64,000 nt of DNA from Ilumatobacteraceae bacterium (GTDB lineage: Bacteria; Actinomycetota; Acidimicrobiia; Acidimicrobiales; Ilumatobacteraceae), in NCBI GenBank assembly GCA_040398525.1, contig JBBATY010000009.1, forward strand, positions 22,416 through 86,415, in the 5' to 3' direction. This document shows positions 62,053 to 64,000 of the stretch, piece by piece. The notes under the pieces are model-generated. The model made no database searches, had not been told where the DNA came from, and worked only from the letters and a program-made list of their open reading frames with translations. Both the position numbers and the translations under genes were made by a program. Position 1 is the stretch's first letter. Each line of letters opens with the position of its first letter.

Positions 62053-63148
62053 CGACGTCGGCCCCGCCCACCGCAACGACCGACGCCTGCGGCACGCGCA
62101 ACGCACGGCTCCAGCGGATCGCCGGACGCTCGACGGCCCACCAGAGCACCCACCCGGCGCCGATGGATGCTGCGACCATTGGAACGAGCATCACCGCCTC
62201 CGCCCAGGCGCTGTCGCCGAGCAGGCGGGACCGCAGCCACTCGACCACGCCGATCACCGGAGCGTGGATCAGGTAGAGGCTGTAGCTGATCGTGCCGAGG
62301 AACTGCACCGACCGCCAGCGCAGCCATCGCGACATCCGGTCCCCGTGCGTCGCAGCCATCACCAGCGGGGCGGTCACGACGACCGTGGCCACCATCTGCT
62401 CGCGGTGCACGACCCAGGCGAGCGCGAGCAGGCCGTGGAACCCCCACCACAGCCGAGCATCGATCAGAGCGGCCGCTCGCCAACACACGAGCACGCCGGA
62501 GACGAACGCGAACCAGTAGGCGATGAACTCCGGCCGGGGCGCGAGGCTCCATCCGACGACGGGCCATACGAGGGCCGTCGCTGCCAGCACCGTGGCCCAC
62601 CCTTGCCATCCACCGGGTCGACGACGTTCGTGGACCTGCATCCACCACAGGACGAGAGCGAACGCGGCATAGAACTGCATCTCGAGGTACAGGGTCCAGT
62701 GCACACCGTTCACGAGCCTCACGCCCAGCAGATGCGGCAGGTATGCCAGGTGGGCCAACCACGACCCGATCCCGGGCGGGGCATATGCCTCCTGCTTCAC
62801 CCGTGCCGCCACGACGCTGACCGTCACGGCGACCACGAGCGAGGCGTAGTACGGCGGCGACAGCCGCACCAGACGTCGGGTGAGGAAGTTCGCCATCCGC
62901 GGCCCGTCCATCTCGACGGGCAGCAGGCTGTGAGCGATCACGAAACCGCTCACGACGAAGAAGACCAGCACCCCCATCCCGCCGCGGAGCACGAGCCACT
63001 CGTAGAGCACGCCCGGCAGCACCGGAGCGAGCTCCGGGATCCTCAGGTGGTTGAAGACGACCCACAGGCAGGCCAAGCCGCGCAGGCCGTCCACGAAGCA
63101 GAAGTGACGACCACTCGGGTGGCTCACCTGCAGACCTGGCGAGGTCAC
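62033..63148 (-). CDS. Acyltransferase family 3 (membrane O-acyltransferase)
   Basis: GTG at 63148 overlaps the upstream stop (GTGA). It has FVDGLRGLACLWVVFNH...VLVFFVVSGFVI...SPPYY...HWTLYLEMQFY...ISYSLYLIHAPV. Confidence 0.8.
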   Translation of the reverse strand: MTSPGLQVSHPSGRHFCFVDGLRGLACLWVVFNHLRIPELAPVLPGVLYEWLVLRGGMGVLVFFVVSGFVIAHSLLPVEMDGPRMANFLTRRLVRLSPPYYASLVVAVTVSVVAARVKQEAYAPPGIGSWLAHLAYLPHLLGVRLVNGVHWTLYLEMQFYAAFALVLWWMQVHERRRPGGWQGWATVLAATALVWPVVGWSLAPRPEFIAYWFAFVSGVLVCWRAAALIDARLWWGFHGLLALAWVVHREQMVATVVVTAPLVMAATHGDRMSRWLRWRSVQFLGTISYSLYLIHAPVIGVVEWLRSRLLGDSAWAEAVMLVPMVAASIGAGWVLWWAVERPAIRWSRALRVPQASVVAVGGADVVRRRSG

Positions 63149-64000
63149 GATGTCACGACGACCGGCTCGACCGGCCGGCGCAGGGAGCGACTCCAGGTCA
63201 GCGCCGGCAGCTCGACCCGACGATGGAACGCTGCGGCGACCGCAAGCGATGCGAGCACCGCGGGCACGATCATCAGCGCCTGGCCCGTCGCACCGACCCC
63301 CAGCAGCTGTTCGCCGAACCAGTCGACCACGCCGATCACGGGGGCATGGACGAGGTACAGGCTGTACGAGACTGCCCCGAGCCGCTGCAGCGGGCGCTGA
63401 CCCAACCAGCGCTGCATCCGGTCGCCGACCGTTGCGACGTGCAGCAGCGGGCCGGTCAGCACGACGGCACCGACGAGCGGATCCCCCCACCGCAGCCAGG
63501 CTGCGCCGAGGATCACGTGGTACAGCCAGTACAGGCCGACGTCGAGCGCCCCCTGCCAGAGCCACCACGTGAATGCTCCCGACAGGAAGGCGAACGCATA
63601 GGCGCCGAGATGGGTCTGGTTGACGAGCTCGAGCCCACGGAGCGGCCAGATCGCTGCCAGGACGGCCAGCACCATCAGAGCCGACTGCTCGAGCTCGATC
63701 GATCGGGACGCGAGCCGCTGCAGGACCCACACGACGAGCGCGAACCCCACGTAGAACTGCATCTCGATCGCCAAGGTCCAGAACACAGCGTTGATCGGTT
63801 CGGCCTCGACCAAGCCGGGAAGGTAGGCGAGGTGGGCGACCACCGAACCGACCGACGGAGCCTGTCCTCCGTCGCCGCGCACCACCGAGCCCCCGACCGT
63901 CACCACCACAGCGAGCGCGATCGCGACGTAATACGGGGGTGAGAGCCGCATCCACCGACGCGTCAGGAACCTGCCGATGCGACCTGCGTCGACGGACGCC
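63145..64000 (-). CDS. Acyltransferase family 3, tandem paralogue; N-terminus lies beyond the right window edge
   Basis: The reading frame stays open upstream of the listed ATG (63951): ...ASVDAGRIGRFLTRRWMRLSPPYY aligns with ANFLTRRLVRLSPPYY about 75 aa into the neighbouring paralogue. It also has FWTLAIEMQFY and VSYSLYLVHAPV. Confidence 0.75.
   Translation of the reverse strand, partial: ASVDAGRIGRFLTRRWMRLSPPYYVAIALAVVVTVGGSVVRGDGGQAPSVGSVVAHLAYLPGLVEAEPINAVFWTLAIEMQFYVGFALVVWVLQRLASRSIELEQSALMVLAVLAAIWPLRGLELVNQTHLGAYAFAFLSGAFTWWLWQGALDVGLYWLYHVILGAAWLRWGDPLVGAVVLTGPLLHVATVGDRMQRWLGQRPLQRLGAVSYSLYLVHAPVIGVVDWFGEQLLGVGATGQALMIVPAVLASLAVAAAFHRRVELPALTWSRSLRRPVEPVVVTS

Noticed and set aside
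1-64000. Mobile genetic element, prophage, defence system or genomic-island borders
   Set aside because: I recognised no integrase, transposase, recombinase, tRNA attachment site, terminal repeat, toxin-antitoxin pair, restriction-modification or Cas-like gene. Composition looks uniform apart from a few short AT-richer promoter-like patches.

Overview
This is a very GC-rich, gene-dense chromosomal segment that looks actinobacterial. That placement is an inference from codon style, frequent GTG starts, 4-nt start/stop overlaps, an F420-type LLM oxidoreductase and a KshA-like Rieske protein. I call 53 protein-coding genes. I found no rRNA, tRNA, CRISPR array, transposase or integrase. Most long ORFs lying opposite the called genes are high-GC antisense shadows.

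About 46 kb (nt 1-46600) is one catabolic island for choline, glycine betaine and other N-methylated amines. It contains:
- a corrinoid methyl-transfer module: corrinoid protein, DUF1638, a small 'virulence factor'-family protein, a methyl-THF:corrinoid methyltransferase and a RACo-type activase;
- three dispersed non-pyrrolysine MttB-family methyltransferase paralogues (the third lies outside the island at 55.3 kb);
- three DMGDH/SARDH-type flavoprotein-GcvT fusions, two of them tandem and coupled to a choline-kinase-like gene;
- a DeoR-proV-proWW-proX betaine ABC importer, and choline dehydrogenase with an IclR regulator;
- fhs-folD for C1-THF oxidation, and an OYE/TMADH-type flavoprotein;
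- a heterotetrameric sarcosine-oxidase-like operon in the order soxA-G-B-D, fused to one family-5 ABC importer and facing a paralogous one;
- a GbcA/Stc2-like Rieske oxygenase and an enolase-superfamily enzyme.

The right third (46.6-64 kb) is more heterogeneous. It holds a TetR regulator, LLM oxidoreductases and a prokaryotic iGluR/GluR0-type ligand-gated channel. It also holds a cluster of PLP-decarboxylase, class-V aminotransferase, amidohydrolase, Rieske oxygenase and EamA exporter genes. Further right are FKBP, the third MttB, a Vps62-like membrane fusion protein, a zinc-ribbon protein, an RpiR regulator facing a clavaminate-synthase-like Fe/2OG hydroxylase, and two tandem acyltransferase-3 genes.

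The most noteworthy points are:
- the aerobic-looking island combines oxidative demethylases with a complete corrinoid/MttB system;
- an identical 14-nt TTCC-N7-GGAA-type motif lies upstream of both the corrinoid operon and fhs-folD;
- the sox-like operon is fused to an ABC importer;
- the window encodes a bacterial iGluR-like channel.

All functional calls rest on motif and family recognition by eye. No database search was run.
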